This document shows, piece by piece, positions 27,257 through 36,678 of a stretch of 64,000 nt of DNA (positions are counted from its first letter, which is position 1; the number at the start of each line of letters is the position of its first letter). The stretch is taken from NCBI GenBank assembly GCA_965242515.1, contig OZ251448.1:722420-786419 (forward strand), given 5' to 3'. A program made the translations under genes and the position numbers. The notes under the pieces were generated by a model. It saw only the letters and a program-made list of their open reading frames with translations. It had not been told where the DNA came from and did not search any database. The DNA is from Bdellovibrionales bacterium (GTDB taxonomy: Bacteria > Bdellovibrionota > Bdellovibrionia > Bdellovibrionales > UBA1609).

Positions 27257-28867
27257 ATGAAAACTACAATAACTAAAGCATTGCAGGTAATGGCTTGTTT
27301 GATTTTATCATCAGTGATAGTGATTTTGACTCCAGCGGAAAGCTTAGGGCAAGCACGGGCTACCATGGGGCGTGGGAATGTTGAACACTCTTTAAAGAAA
27401 AAAGAGGAAAGAGCAAATCAAGGTGTGAAGGCGACTATGGGTTACAGAAATGTGGGTAATGCAGAGGAAGCAAGTAATAAATGGAGAAAGAGGAGAAAAA
27501 CGGCAAATCAATGGTCAAGCTCCTTATTGTTTAAAAAAGCACGGAAATGGAGAAAGAGGAGAAAAACGGCAAATCAGAGGAGAAAAACGGCAAATCAATG
27601 GAGAAGGACTAGAAGAATAGAACCAGAAGTAGAGGTGGCAAAAGGTACCAGTAAAAATGACGGTTTTCGAAGAAAAACATCCGCAAAACCCTCTGGTGCT
27701 AGTAATAAAAGCCCGAATCCAAGTCCATACCCCGACCCATGGAACTGGGATAATAGGGGAAAAGCTCCCACCACTACGGGCAAAAGACCTCGGCACCCAA
27801 AACCTTGGGTGAATAGGGTTAGCACTACTGAAGCTTTGATGCAGTTAAACAATATGGGAGCTGTAATGGCTTTTAAACCCACACCAAACGGTGGTTTTTG
27901 CCGGATTGATGTGAGGGGTAGAACTAAATCTACACCTTCTTTTGTAAAACCTGCTGGAGGGCGAGACCCACTGCCAAAAAGCACAACTCCTGCTTGTAGC
28001 TCTCAAGAACAGAAGGCTTTTCAACAAACAGCTAAAAAAATGCAAATAAAAAATGGAGTAACAGCACAAAAAACTAGTGGGGCTATACTGGGGGCATTGG
28101 CAAAGTCAGCGGGAATAGGTTGTGTTTTTGGAGCAGGTATTGCTTGGATTGCTGATATGTTTAGTGGTGATTCGGAAGATAAAAAAACGCAAGCCTCGGC
28201 TAATTGTGTGGATTGTGCTAATAAAAAAAGCAAAGAAGCTAAAGAGGTAGAAGAAATAAGAGCTGCCACAATAGTCGCAGCCGGTGCAGGTGGGGGTATT
28301 GCAACAGGAATTGTAGGACATCATTCATTAAGATATATAGTGCCAGAGATGGAAGTAGCAGCAGCAAAGAAGATACTTATTACAGATGAAACTAATCAGA
28401 AGTTAAAACCAATGGCAGACCCTGAATATGCAAAAAAGAAGGTAGCATTTTTTGAATCACAAATTCTTAAATTAAAAGAACGACAGGCTCAAAAAGGGTT
28501 AGACCGTAACGTTCGTCACAATATCGAAATAGAAATAGCTGAAAAGAATAGTGCTAAGTCATTTTGGAACAAAGTAATAGATTTACAACAACAATCTCCA
28601 AAAACATCAGGTGGTTCTGCTTTAATAAATTTAGTAGAGCAAAGAGTAACTAAAAAAGTGAGCAAGATCCCAGATAAAGAAGTAGTAGCAAAATTAGATT
28701 CTATGCAACAACGACGACTTAATATGAAATTTAATGAAGGTATTGTAGGACTCAAATCGATGGTATCGGCAGGAGTATCTGCCCTAGCGGGTGGGATAGC
28801 AGGAGCTATTGTATGCGAAGATGGTACAACCTACTTACTTACCGATAATCCTAAAACCGACATTTAA
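27257..28867 (+). CDS. secreted protein with basic tandem repeats and glycine-zipper segments
   Basis: Signal-like N-terminus, repeated KWRKRRKTANQ units, GAILGALAKSAGIGCVFGAGIAWIA, AAGAGGGIATGIVG, and C-terminal VSAGVSALAGGIAGAIVCEDGTTYLL resembling the C-terminus of 25862..26533. AGGAGG Shine-Dalgarno upstream. Confidence 0.55.
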   Translation: MKTTITKALQVMACLILSSVIVILTPAESLGQARATMGRGNVEHSLKKKEERANQGVKATMGYRNVGNAEEASNKWRKRRKTANQWSSSLLFKKARKWRKRRKTANQRRKTANQWRRTRRIEPEVEVAKGTSKNDGFRRKTSAKPSGASNKSPNPSPYPDPWNWDNRGKAPTTTGKRPRHPKPWVNRVSTTEALMQLNNMGAVMAFKPTPNGGFCRIDVRGRTKSTPSFVKPAGGRDPLPKSTTPACSSQEQKAFQQTAKKMQIKNGVTAQKTSGAILGALAKSAGIGCVFGAGIAWIADMFSGDSEDKKTQASANCVDCANKKSKEAKEVEEIRAATIVAAGAGGGIATGIVGHHSLRYIVPEMEVAAAKKILITDETNQKLKPMADPEYAKKKVAFFESQILKLKERQAQKGLDRNVRHNIEIEIAEKNSAKSFWNKVIDLQQQSPKTSGGSALINLVEQRVTKKVSKIPDKEVVAKLDSMQQRRLNMKFNEGIVGLKSMVSAGVSALAGGIAGAIVCEDGTTYLLTDNPKTDI

Positions 28868-28902
28868 TAACTCACCTTATAGATTGTTTTTAATAAAAAA
28901 TC

Positions 28903-28931
28903 TTGACTGAGAGCACTTTTTAACCTAATAC
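28903..28931 (+). promoter_or_regulatory. candidate sigma-70 promoter for thrS-infC
   Basis: TTGACT (28903-28908), 17-nt spacer, TAATAC (28926-28931). Confidence 0.35.
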
Positions 28932-28942
28932 TCATAAGGCAT

Positions 28943-29063
28943 GGTGCGTAAAAGATGTAATTTGTGGCTATTTCAAACATGTTGGTTCTTACCGGACTTA
29001 TTGGTTCTTACAGTGGAGCAAAAGTTAGGTGCGTAAAAAGTGTAATTTGTGGCTATTCCAGAC
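28943..29063 (+). promoter_or_regulatory. thrS leader containing a duplicated 36-nt motif
   Basis: ggtgcgtaaaagatgtaatttgtggctatttcaaac (28943-28978) and ggtgcgtaaaaagtgtaatttgtggctattccagac (29028-29063), 32/36 identical. Two ttggttcttac 11-mers lie between them. Confidence 0.35.
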
Positions 29064-29126
29064 TAAAATCCAGTCTATTCACTTTGTTTTGAGTAACTTA
29101 TTGATGTTAATAGTAAAATCTTAAGT

Positions 29127-31109
29127 ATGCGTTCATCAGTATCAAGTAATAGTTTTATAAATTGCCCTAAAAAATGCACAGTGTGGGAATTAGCTGAGCA
29201 ATATTTCCCCAAAAAACTACACCATACAGTGGGGGCTTTTGTGAACAATCAATCAGAAATTGTGGATTTAAGAACTTTGCTTACTCAAGGTGATAAGGTT
29301 CGTTTTGTGTTTATTCCCTCTCCCGAGGCGTTAGAGGTGGTGAGGCATTCGGCAGCCCATGTTATGGCACAGGCAGTGCAAGAGCTTTGGCCTGATGTGA
29401 AGGTCACCATTGGTCCTGTGATTGAAAATGGTTTTTACTATGATTTTGATGTAGCCAAAGTATTTCGTCCGGAAGATTTATCCACTATAGAAAAAAAAAT
29501 GCAATCTATTATCAACCAAAAGTTAGAACTCACTAAAGAAATGTGGACTATGGAAAAAGCCTTATCCACTTTTAAAAAAATGAACGAGCCTTACAAACTA
29601 GAACTCATCCAAGACATTGACCAACCAGAATTAAGCATTTACCGTCAAGGTAAGTGGTTGGACTTATGCCGAGGTCCCCATGTAAAAAATCTATCACAAA
29701 TTGGAGCTGTTAAAGTACTCAATCAATCAGGGGCTTATTGGCGAGGTGATGAAAACAACAAACAATTAAAGCGTATTTACGGCACAGCCTTCCACTGCAA
29801 AAAAGACCTCAAACAGTACCTGCAAAATTTAGAATCTGCTAAACTTTACGATCATCGTAAATTAGGAAAAGAAATGGACTTATTTTACTTTTCAGACTTA
29901 GCCCCTGGTAGCCCTTTTTTTACTTCTAAAGGCACAGTTATTTATAATGAGCTACAAAAGTTTTTAAAAACTATGTATCAAAAATATCATTATAAAGAAG
30001 TAATTACTCCACAAGTGTTTGAAGAGGAATTGTTTAATAAGTCAGGGCATAAAAAACATTTTGCAGATAATATGTATCCTGTTCAAACCAAACAGGTAAA
30101 AAAAGATTCGAAAGTATCGCATAAAGAGTTTTTTTTAAAACCTATGAACTGCCCCGGGCATTGTTTATTTTACTCGTTTAAAAGGCATTCTTATAAAGAA
30201 CTGCCCATGCGAGTGGCAGATTTTGGTCGCCTTCATCGTAGAGAAAAAAGGGGTACTCTGCACGGGCTTACCCGTGTTACCAGTTTGTGTCAAGATGATG
30301 CACATATTTTTTGCACTTTAGAGCAATTAAAGTCAGAAATCCAATTATGCTTAAAAATGTTTCAAGAAGTGTATGAGTTATTAGGGCTAACACATTTTAA
30401 AGTAGCCTTATCTACCAGGCCGAAAGAATCTATGGGCTCTGATGCTATTTGGCAAAAGGCAGAATCAGCTTTAGAGGATGCATTACATGTGTCAAATATC
30501 TCTTTTTATGTGCAAAAAGGGGAAGGGGCTTTTTATGGTCCGAAATTAGATTGGCAAGTGGTAGACACCATGCACAGAACTTGGCAATTAGGCACTTTGC
30601 AATGTGACTTTAACATGCCACAAGCATTTAATTTGCGTTATATAGATAAAGACAATCAAGAAAAAGTGCCCATTTTACTCCACCGAGCAGTCCTTGGTTC
30701 GTTAGAGCGATTTATCGGGGTTTATTTAGAACACACTAAAGGTTATGTGCCATTATGGCTAAGCCCTTATAGTGTGTTGTTGGCTAATATTTCTCAAGAG
30801 CAAGAAGTTTATGTCAAACAACTGCAACATTTATTACAACAAAAAGGAGTGCGTGTAAAAACAGATTTAAGAAACGAAAAATTAGGTTATAAAATTAGAA
30901 CCGCTCGTTTGAGCCGGCAAGCTTGCGTTGTAGTGATAGGTCAAAAAGAACAGCAGCTTGGCACTGTCAGTGTACGCCTACCAAAAGATGGCAAACAAAT
31001 TCAGTTAGACAAAGATGATTTTGTAAATAAATTAGAGCATATTGTTAAGCAAAGGCAATATGATTGGATTAGTGTATTAACCCAAACAAAGGAGGTGTCC
31101 CATTCGTAA
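29127..31109 (+). CDS. thrS: threonyl-tRNA synthetase
   Basis: 660 aa. TGS-like N-terminus, editing-domain HSAAHVMAQAV, class II core (FLKPMNCPGH, RVADFGRLHRRE, QDDAHIFC) and a C-terminal anticodon-binding domain. Confidence 0.95.
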   Translation: MRSSVSSNSFINCPKKCTVWELAEQYFPKKLHHTVGAFVNNQSEIVDLRTLLTQGDKVRFVFIPSPEALEVVRHSAAHVMAQAVQELWPDVKVTIGPVIENGFYYDFDVAKVFRPEDLSTIEKKMQSIINQKLELTKEMWTMEKALSTFKKMNEPYKLELIQDIDQPELSIYRQGKWLDLCRGPHVKNLSQIGAVKVLNQSGAYWRGDENNKQLKRIYGTAFHCKKDLKQYLQNLESAKLYDHRKLGKEMDLFYFSDLAPGSPFFTSKGTVIYNELQKFLKTMYQKYHYKEVITPQVFEEELFNKSGHKKHFADNMYPVQTKQVKKDSKVSHKEFFLKPMNCPGHCLFYSFKRHSYKELPMRVADFGRLHRREKRGTLHGLTRVTSLCQDDAHIFCTLEQLKSEIQLCLKMFQEVYELLGLTHFKVALSTRPKESMGSDAIWQKAESALEDALHVSNISFYVQKGEGAFYGPKLDWQVVDTMHRTWQLGTLQCDFNMPQAFNLRYIDKDNQEKVPILLHRAVLGSLERFIGVYLEHTKGYVPLWLSPYSVLLANISQEQEVYVKQLQHLLQQKGVRVKTDLRNEKLGYKIRTARLSRQACVVVIGQKEQQLGTVSVRLPKDGKQIQLDKDDFVNKLEHIVKQRQYDWISVLTQTKEVSHS

Positions 31110-32004
31110 GTTTAAGAAAAAATTTAAAAATGGAGGTAGAAGAGGAGAAAAATTTCGTACCAATAGTCAAATTACGACTAGGGAGGTGCGAGTGGTGGAC
31201 GACAAAGGTGCCATGATGGGTATTATGTCTTCCGACAGAGCTTTAGGTTTAGCAAGGGGGAGGGGGTTAGATTTAGTAGAAATTGCACCTCATGCCAAAC
31301 CCCCCACTTGTAAAATCATAGACTACGGTAAGTGGAAGTTTAAATTAAGTAAAAAAGAAAAACATTCTAGGAAAAATCAGATAAAAATAGTGGTTAAAGA
31401 GGTTCAGATAAGACCGCGTACTGATGTACACGATTTAGAAATAAAAATGAAAAAAGCAAGGGCGTTTTTAATGAATGGTTGTAAGGTGAAAATACATTTA
31501 CGGTATTCGGGAAGAGAAATGGCACATAAAGAGCTTGGGATAAAAATGCTCAATAAAGTAATAGAGAGGCTCAAAGATTGTTCTGTTTTAGAAAAAGACA
31601 AACCACAGATGGAAAAACGATCGGCATTTTTGTTTTTTGCTCCAAATCCTACTCAAATAAAAGAGCTACAAAAAAAGAAGAAAAAGCCTGCATCCTTAAG
31701 TGGTGGCACGAAATCTAGTGATACGAAATCTAGTGGTGGTACGAAGTCAAAAAAAGGTAGCAGTGGTGAAAAAAGTGGAGCAGGTGAAAAAGGTGGTAGT
31801 GATGAAAGCGGAGGTGGAAGCTCTACTCCTCCTGTGGTAGGTAGTGGGGGTGGTGTGTCTAGTGGTGGTAGTGTTGCGGGTGGTGTTTCGGGTAGTGTAC
31901 CGGGTGGAAGGGATGATAGTCATTCGTCAGGTGGAACAATGGATTCTGTAGCACAGGGGGCAGTACCATCCTCCTCCTCCCCTCCTTCTCCTCCTTTTCC
32001 ATAG
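31102..32004 (+). CDS. infC: translation initiation factor IF-3 with an AUU start and a ~115-aa Gly/Ser-rich C-terminal tail
   Basis: The frame opens after TAA at 31078-31080. ATT at 31102-31104 is the only plausible start before the conserved FRTNSQITTREVRVVDDKG segment. GGAGGT lies at 31091-31096. The track start (GTG 31186) would delete the conserved N-terminal residues. Confidence 0.85.
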   Translation: MRKFKKKFKNGGRRGEKFRTNSQITTREVRVVDDKGAMMGIMSSDRALGLARGRGLDLVEIAPHAKPPTCKIIDYGKWKFKLSKKEKHSRKNQIKIVVKEVQIRPRTDVHDLEIKMKKARAFLMNGCKVKIHLRYSGREMAHKELGIKMLNKVIERLKDCSVLEKDKPQMEKRSAFLFFAPNPTQIKELQKKKKKPASLSGGTKSSDTKSSGGTKSKKGSSGEKSGAGEKGGSDESGGGSSTPPVVGSGGGVSSGGSVAGGVSGSVPGGRDDSHSSGGTMDSVAQGAVPSSSSPPSPPFP

Positions 32005-32136
32005 AGTGTTAGTAAATAAATACAAGTTACATCACAAAAAACACGCATTGTGTGAAAAAAATACAAGGTGGGGGATTTTTTATTGTTTTTTACTCATTTT
32101 TGGTATTTTATTTAAATAAAATTTTAAATAATAAAG

Positions 32137-33051
32137 ATGAAAAGAAGTTATGGGAAGGAGTTAAAAGCTATGAGCAAAAAAAATAGTAAAAAACACTTAC
32201 TAGTGTGTTTATTTTTTATTGTACCTAGTATTTGTTTATCGTATCAGGTGTTGGCAAAGGATATGTTACAGTGTGAACAGAGTTCACGTACGAATCATGA
32301 TTATTTCGAATCTCTTTTAAAAGATAAAAAGCAAAAAGAAGTTTTGCTATCGGATATTCATTTTTTATATATCATGGGTACATCTACTCTTTGTTTTGGC
32401 GACACGATTGAAGGTTTAAGTTATTTAACAAAAGCAGTAACCCTTAAAAGTGCTTTGGCATCTTCTATAGTAGGTGCTTATTACTTATCTGATAAAACAT
32501 TTAAAAATCGTGTTATTACTAACGATTTTAAAAACTATGAGGTGGCTATTAGTTATTTTAAAAAATCCATTAATTACTTTATAGAGCGATCACAAAATCC
32601 AAGGATATATAATGATATGTCAAGTTACTTTGCCATACCTATTGAACAACGAATGCTTATTAGTGCTAGAACATTTACTACATTACCGCATTTGTATTTT
32701 ATGCAATATGGCAAAACTATTTTTGGTGTATTTAATACAGATACATTGTCCATATTAGAGAACATACAAAAAGCCACCGAACAGTGCAAATTATGGGAGA
32801 GTGTAGCTATCGCACACCCTGGAAGTAGGGCAAGAGAGTATGTGTATAAAGCCTTATTAAGAAAATGCCAGTATTATAGTGATTTTTCAAAAGAGGTTTT
32901 ACCGATAGAGAAATTACGATTAGAGGTCATAAAAACATGCGACTATAATTTATCTTGCCCTGCACATAAGCAGATGCAAAATAGGATTGCAAATTTAGCT
33001 GCGGATTATAGAAGAAAACTCTCCAAAGTAAGCTTGTTACCAATGTACTAA
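32137..33051 (+). CDS. hypothetical secreted/membrane-anchored protein
   Basis: 304-aa ORF with a hydrophobic N-terminal segment (LLVCLFFIVPSICLSYQVLA). No family recognised. Confidence 0.4.
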   Translation: MKRSYGKELKAMSKKNSKKHLLVCLFFIVPSICLSYQVLAKDMLQCEQSSRTNHDYFESLLKDKKQKEVLLSDIHFLYIMGTSTLCFGDTIEGLSYLTKAVTLKSALASSIVGAYYLSDKTFKNRVITNDFKNYEVAISYFKKSINYFIERSQNPRIYNDMSSYFAIPIEQRMLISARTFTTLPHLYFMQYGKTIFGVFNTDTLSILENIQKATEQCKLWESVAIAHPGSRAREYVYKALLRKCQYYSDFSKEVLPIEKLRLEVIKTCDYNLSCPAHKQMQNRIANLAADYRRKLSKVSLLPMY

Positions 33052-33053
33052 TG

Positions 33054-33719
33054 TTATTTGTTTTTAGCCGGTTTTTTTTGTGGTGGTTTATCACTAGATG
33101 AATCACCATTTACAGAAGTTAATACTGTCAAAAGGCGATTGACTTCTGTAACTACACCATGTTGTGTTTGACAACTTAAAAGCCACCCACAGCTATCGCA
33201 AGTTTTACTGTATTCTTCTCTAGTTTTTGCTAATTTTTTAGTAGCTTTATCTAAAACTTTATCAGCTGTTTGTTTTTCTTTAACAGCTTTTAGAAAATAC
33301 TTTGTGCTTTTTTGCACAGCTTTGTCGTATTCTTCATAAGCTGTTTTAATATTTTGGTAATCAGAGTCGTATTGATTTTCTATTATCTTCATATATTTTT
33401 TTACTTTAGTAAAATAAAAAGTGCTATGGCATATATAATCATACTCACCACATGTAATATCAGGTATTTTATAAGTAGCTATAATTTCTTGTAATTTACT
33501 TAAAGCTACTTGTAGTTCTTGAGAGGTTTTTTTTTGTAACCCGTGTAACTGCTCGGTTTTATTAAAGCTATCTTTATACGCTTGTTTAAAGTGAGTGGTG
33601 GCTTTTTCGTAATTTGCTAAAGCTGTTCTATATTCTTTTAAATCAGCTAAAGTATGAGTACAATAAAGTACTATGTATAAACACATACATCGTTTAAATA
33701 TATTGTGTTGCAATAACAT
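33054..33719 (-). CDS. hypothetical secreted coiled-coil protein
   Basis: 221-aa ORF with a signal-like N-terminus (CMCLYIVLYCTHTLA), helical Lys/Glu-rich body and several Cys. No family recognised. Confidence 0.4.
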   Translation of the reverse strand: MLLQHNIFKRCMCLYIVLYCTHTLADLKEYRTALANYEKATTHFKQAYKDSFNKTEQLHGLQKKTSQELQVALSKLQEIIATYKIPDITCGEYDYICHSTFYFTKVKKYMKIIENQYDSDYQNIKTAYEEYDKAVQKSTKYFLKAVKEKQTADKVLDKATKKLAKTREEYSKTCDSCGWLLSCQTQHGVVTEVNRLLTVLTSVNGDSSSDKPPQKKPAKNK

Positions 33720-33801
33720 TTAATTCATCAGCTCCTTTTTATTCATTAACCTCTTTGCCTCTGTATCCCCTACCATGTATCCCCTACTCATAAGCTACTT
33801 T

Positions 33802-35025
33802 TTAAGAAACTTGAATTTTAGCAAACCGTCTTTTACCTGCTTTAAGTATGAGCTCTTCACCTACTTTTAAAGAAAGTTTTAAATGAGGGTCTTGTATTTT
33901 ATTACCTCCTATTTCTAAAGCTCCTCCTTCAATAAGTCGCCGTGCCTCGCTGGTTGAAGAGGCCAGGTTCACCTCTCGTAATAAATAACAAATCCACACT
34001 GAAGCGTTGTGTGGAATAATGTGTTTAGGGATGTTTTTAGGTAGTTCTCCTGCAGAAAAAATCCTATCAAATTCCACTCTTGCTTTTTTACCTTCTTGCA
34101 CTCCATAAAAGCGTGTTACTAAAGTTTGTGCTAAATCCATTTTTGCCTCTTTTGGATGTTTATTTTTTGATTGTAAATCATGTTTTAATTGTTTTATTTC
34201 TTCTATTGTTTTATTTGTTAAAAGCTCGTACCAACGGAGCATTTGATCGTCACTAATCTTCATAGTTTTGCCAAAAATTTCTTTTGGAGAATCTTCTAAA
34301 GCAATGTAGTTATCGTAACTTTTAGACATTTTTTTTACTCCATCTGTGCCTTCTAAAAGGGGCATGGTTAAAACACATTGTTGATTTAGACCTGCTTTTT
34401 TTTGTAACTCTCTTCCTACTAATAAATTAAATAGTTGGTCTGTTGCTCCTAATTCTATATCAGCTCTCATTACTACAGAATCGTAACCTTGTATCAGGGG
34501 GTATAAAAACTCATGCAAACTAATAGAGAGGTTTTTTTTATATCGTTTAGAAAAATCATCTCTTTCTAACATACGAGCCACAGTATGCCAGCTTGCTAAT
34601 TCTATAAGCTTTTTAGCCGACATCTTATTCATCCATTCAGAATTAAAATACACTTTTGTTTGTGCTTTATCTAACACTTTAAACACTTGTTGTGTGTAGG
34701 TTTGTGCATTGCTTTGTACTTCATTTAGTGTTAGAAGGGGGCGTGTTTGGTTACTGCCTGAAGGGTCGCCAATTTGTGCTGTAAAATCACCAATAAGAAA
34801 TAGCACCTGATGCCCAAAATCTTGAAACAACTTTAATTTATTAAGTAGCACTGTATGTCCAATGTGTAAATCAGGTCTGCTAGGGTCAAAGCCTGCTTTA
34901 ATACGAAGTGGTTTTTTACTATCATAACTGTTAGTTAGTTTTTGTAACAAAGCTTCTTTAGATATAACATCCACGCTTGCCTGTGTGATTTGTTTTAACT
35001 GTTCTTTAGGTTTAGGAAAGGGCAT
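33802..35025 (-). CDS. tyrS: tyrosyl-tRNA synthetase
   Basis: HIGH motif (PDLHIGHTV), KMSKS motif (KKMSKSYDN), C-terminal S4-like domain ([19 protein letters not shown]). Confidence 0.95.
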   Translation of the reverse strand: MPFPKPKEQLKQITQASVDVISKEALLQKLTNSYDSKKPLRIKAGFDPSRPDLHIGHTVLLNKLKLFQDFGHQVLFLIGDFTAQIGDPSGSNQTRPLLTLNEVQSNAQTYTQQVFKVLDKAQTKVYFNSEWMNKMSAKKLIELASWHTVARMLERDDFSKRYKKNLSISLHEFLYPLIQGYDSVVMRADIELGATDQLFNLLVGRELQKKAGLNQQCVLTMPLLEGTDGVKKMSKSYDNYIALEDSPKEIFGKTMKISDDQMLRWYELLTNKTIEEIKQLKHDLQSKNKHPKEAKMDLAQTLVTRFYGVQEGKKARVEFDRIFSAGELPKNIPKHIIPHNASVWICYLLREVNLASSTSEARRLIEGGALEIGGNKIQDPHLKLSLKVGEELILKAGKRRFAKIQVS

Positions 35026-35090
35026 AATTACTTTCTTTCATATCTTAAGTTATTATATTGTATATCCGTTTTATTTATTTTTTATTTATA

Positions 35091-36677
35091 TTAACGAGCT
35101 TGTTCTACAATACGGCATTCTCTTATAACACTTACTGTGAGTTGTCCTGCTGTGTTCATTTCTTTATCAATTTTTTCTGCAATATCTCTGTTCAGCATAA
35201 AGGCTTGCTCGTCTGTTACTTTACCGCTATCTACTAGTACGCGTATTTCTTTACCGGTTTGAATGGCAAAACTTCTGATAATACCGTCAAAACTGTTAGC
35301 AATGGATTCCATATCTTTTAGCCTTTTAATGTAGTTTTCTATATTTTCTCGTTTAGCACCGGGGCGTTCGCGAAATAAATTATAAGATACTTGGATAATA
35401 TGATCTAACACAGACTCTGCTTGACATTCCCCATTATGGCAACGAACGGCCTGATAAATAGTTTCATTCTCGCCGTGTTTTCGTAAAAAATCAGCCCCTG
35501 CTTTTGCCATACTACCTTCTAAGCGATGGTTAAGCCCTAGACCTATTGCATGCAACAAACCCGCTCGCCTAGTTGTTTTTTGATCAAAGCCTATTTCACC
35601 TGCAATGAAGCTTGCGATAAGTGCTACTTCAACACTAGCTTTTAAAGAATTAAAACCTTCTACCGAACGATATTTTAAAGACCCCAACACTTCTATAATA
35701 GCTGACTGCACATTGTGAATAGACATGTCAAAACACACTTTTTTACCTTCTTCTGACATGGAGGCAAAAATATTTCTCTTTGTTTTTTCTACCACTTCTT
35801 CAATACGAGCCGGATGCACACGCCCTTCTTCTAGTAATCGCTCAATAGATTTCACAGCTACTTCTCTACGAACGGCATCAAAACAAGAGATTAAAATAAT
35901 TTCTTGACTTTCGTCAATAATGATATCAACTCCACAAGCAGCCTCTAAGGCACGGATGTTACGCCCTTCCCGTCCGATGATTTTCCCTTTTGTTTCACTT
36001 CCTTTAATAGGGCAAGTGGTGGTGGTTCTTTCAGTAGAAACTTCTGAAGCAAAACGGGCTAAAGCTTGCGACAACATAAGTTTTGCTTTTTTTTCTGAAT
36101 CCGCTTTAAGTTGGTTTTCTATTTGCAAGAGTTTCGGAGCTATTTCTTTTTTCAACTCTTCTTCAATATTTTTTTTCACTTCTGTTCGAGCTTGTTCTCG
36201 TGTCCAACCTGTGGCTTGTTCCATAGCTTGTTGATATTTTTGCAAAGTGTCTTGAGCTTTTTGTGTGTCTCTTTTAAGTTGTTCTTTCAGATGTTCTGTG
36301 CGATCTTTTTGAAGGTCTAAGTTTTTTATTTGCTCTTCTAACTCTTGCGTTTTTTTACTCCATTCTTCTTCTAATTGTTGTTTTTTCTTTTCTGCTTGGT
36401 ATTGGAGGTGTTCTATTTTCTTTTTTTCTTTACGAAGTTCTAAATCGGCTTTATCTTTTACTTTCCGCTCAAAGTTTTTAGCTTGAAATTGTGCCGTCCT
36501 TTTAATTCGCTCAGCTTGTGATTTAGCTTGATTAACAATGCGATTCATTTCTGTACGCAATTCTTTTTTGCGACTAGTGTATGACAATATCCAATATATA
36601 AAAAACAACACACATCCAATGCCAAAACCAGATAAGGCACTAATGAGCAACCAAAAAAGTGATGGATCTAATATCAT
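35091..36677 (-). CDS. rny: ribonuclease Y
   Basis: N-terminal TM helix, long coiled coil, KH domain (GKIIGREGRNIRALEAACGVDIIIDE), HD domain (AGLLHAIG...). Confidence 0.9.
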   Translation of the reverse strand: MILDPSLFWLLISALSGFGIGCVLFFIYWILSYTSRKKELRTEMNRIVNQAKSQAERIKRTAQFQAKNFERKVKDKADLELRKEKKKIEHLQYQAEKKKQQLEEEWSKKTQELEEQIKNLDLQKDRTEHLKEQLKRDTQKAQDTLQKYQQAMEQATGWTREQARTEVKKNIEEELKKEIAPKLLQIENQLKADSEKKAKLMLSQALARFASEVSTERTTTTCPIKGSETKGKIIGREGRNIRALEAACGVDIIIDESQEIILISCFDAVRREVAVKSIERLLEEGRVHPARIEEVVEKTKRNIFASMSEEGKKVCFDMSIHNVQSAIIEVLGSLKYRSVEGFNSLKASVEVALIASFIAGEIGFDQKTTRRAGLLHAIGLGLNHRLEGSMAKAGADFLRKHGENETIYQAVRCHNGECQAESVLDHIIQVSYNLFRERPGAKRENIENYIKRLKDMESIANSFDGIIRSFAIQTGKEIRVLVDSGKVTDEQAFMLNRDIAEKIDKEMNTAGQLTVSVIRECRIVEQAR

Positions 36678-36678
36678 T

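Noticed and set aside
26149-28324. Antisense ORFs within the glycine-zipper genes (26149..26487, 27524..27796, 27595..27984, 27845..28069, 28021..28269, 28106..28324). The same problem affects antisense ORFs inside rny, maeB, scoB and thiolase.
   Set aside because: Each lies opposite a longer ORF with a better start context (AGGAGG) or clear motifs. The Gly-rich codons of the sense strand give open Pro/Ala-rich antisense frames.
28943-29063. T-box riboswitch upstream of thrS
   Set aside because: There is no T-box consensus, specifier-loop architecture or terminator/antiterminator pair. I kept it only as a possible ThrRS operator-type leader (see findings).
31186-31188. GTG at 31186 as the infC start (as in the ORF track)
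   Set aside because: It would remove the conserved N-terminal IF3 residues that are encoded in-frame upstream. The ATT at 31102 has a perfect SD and matches the known infC AUU-start rule.
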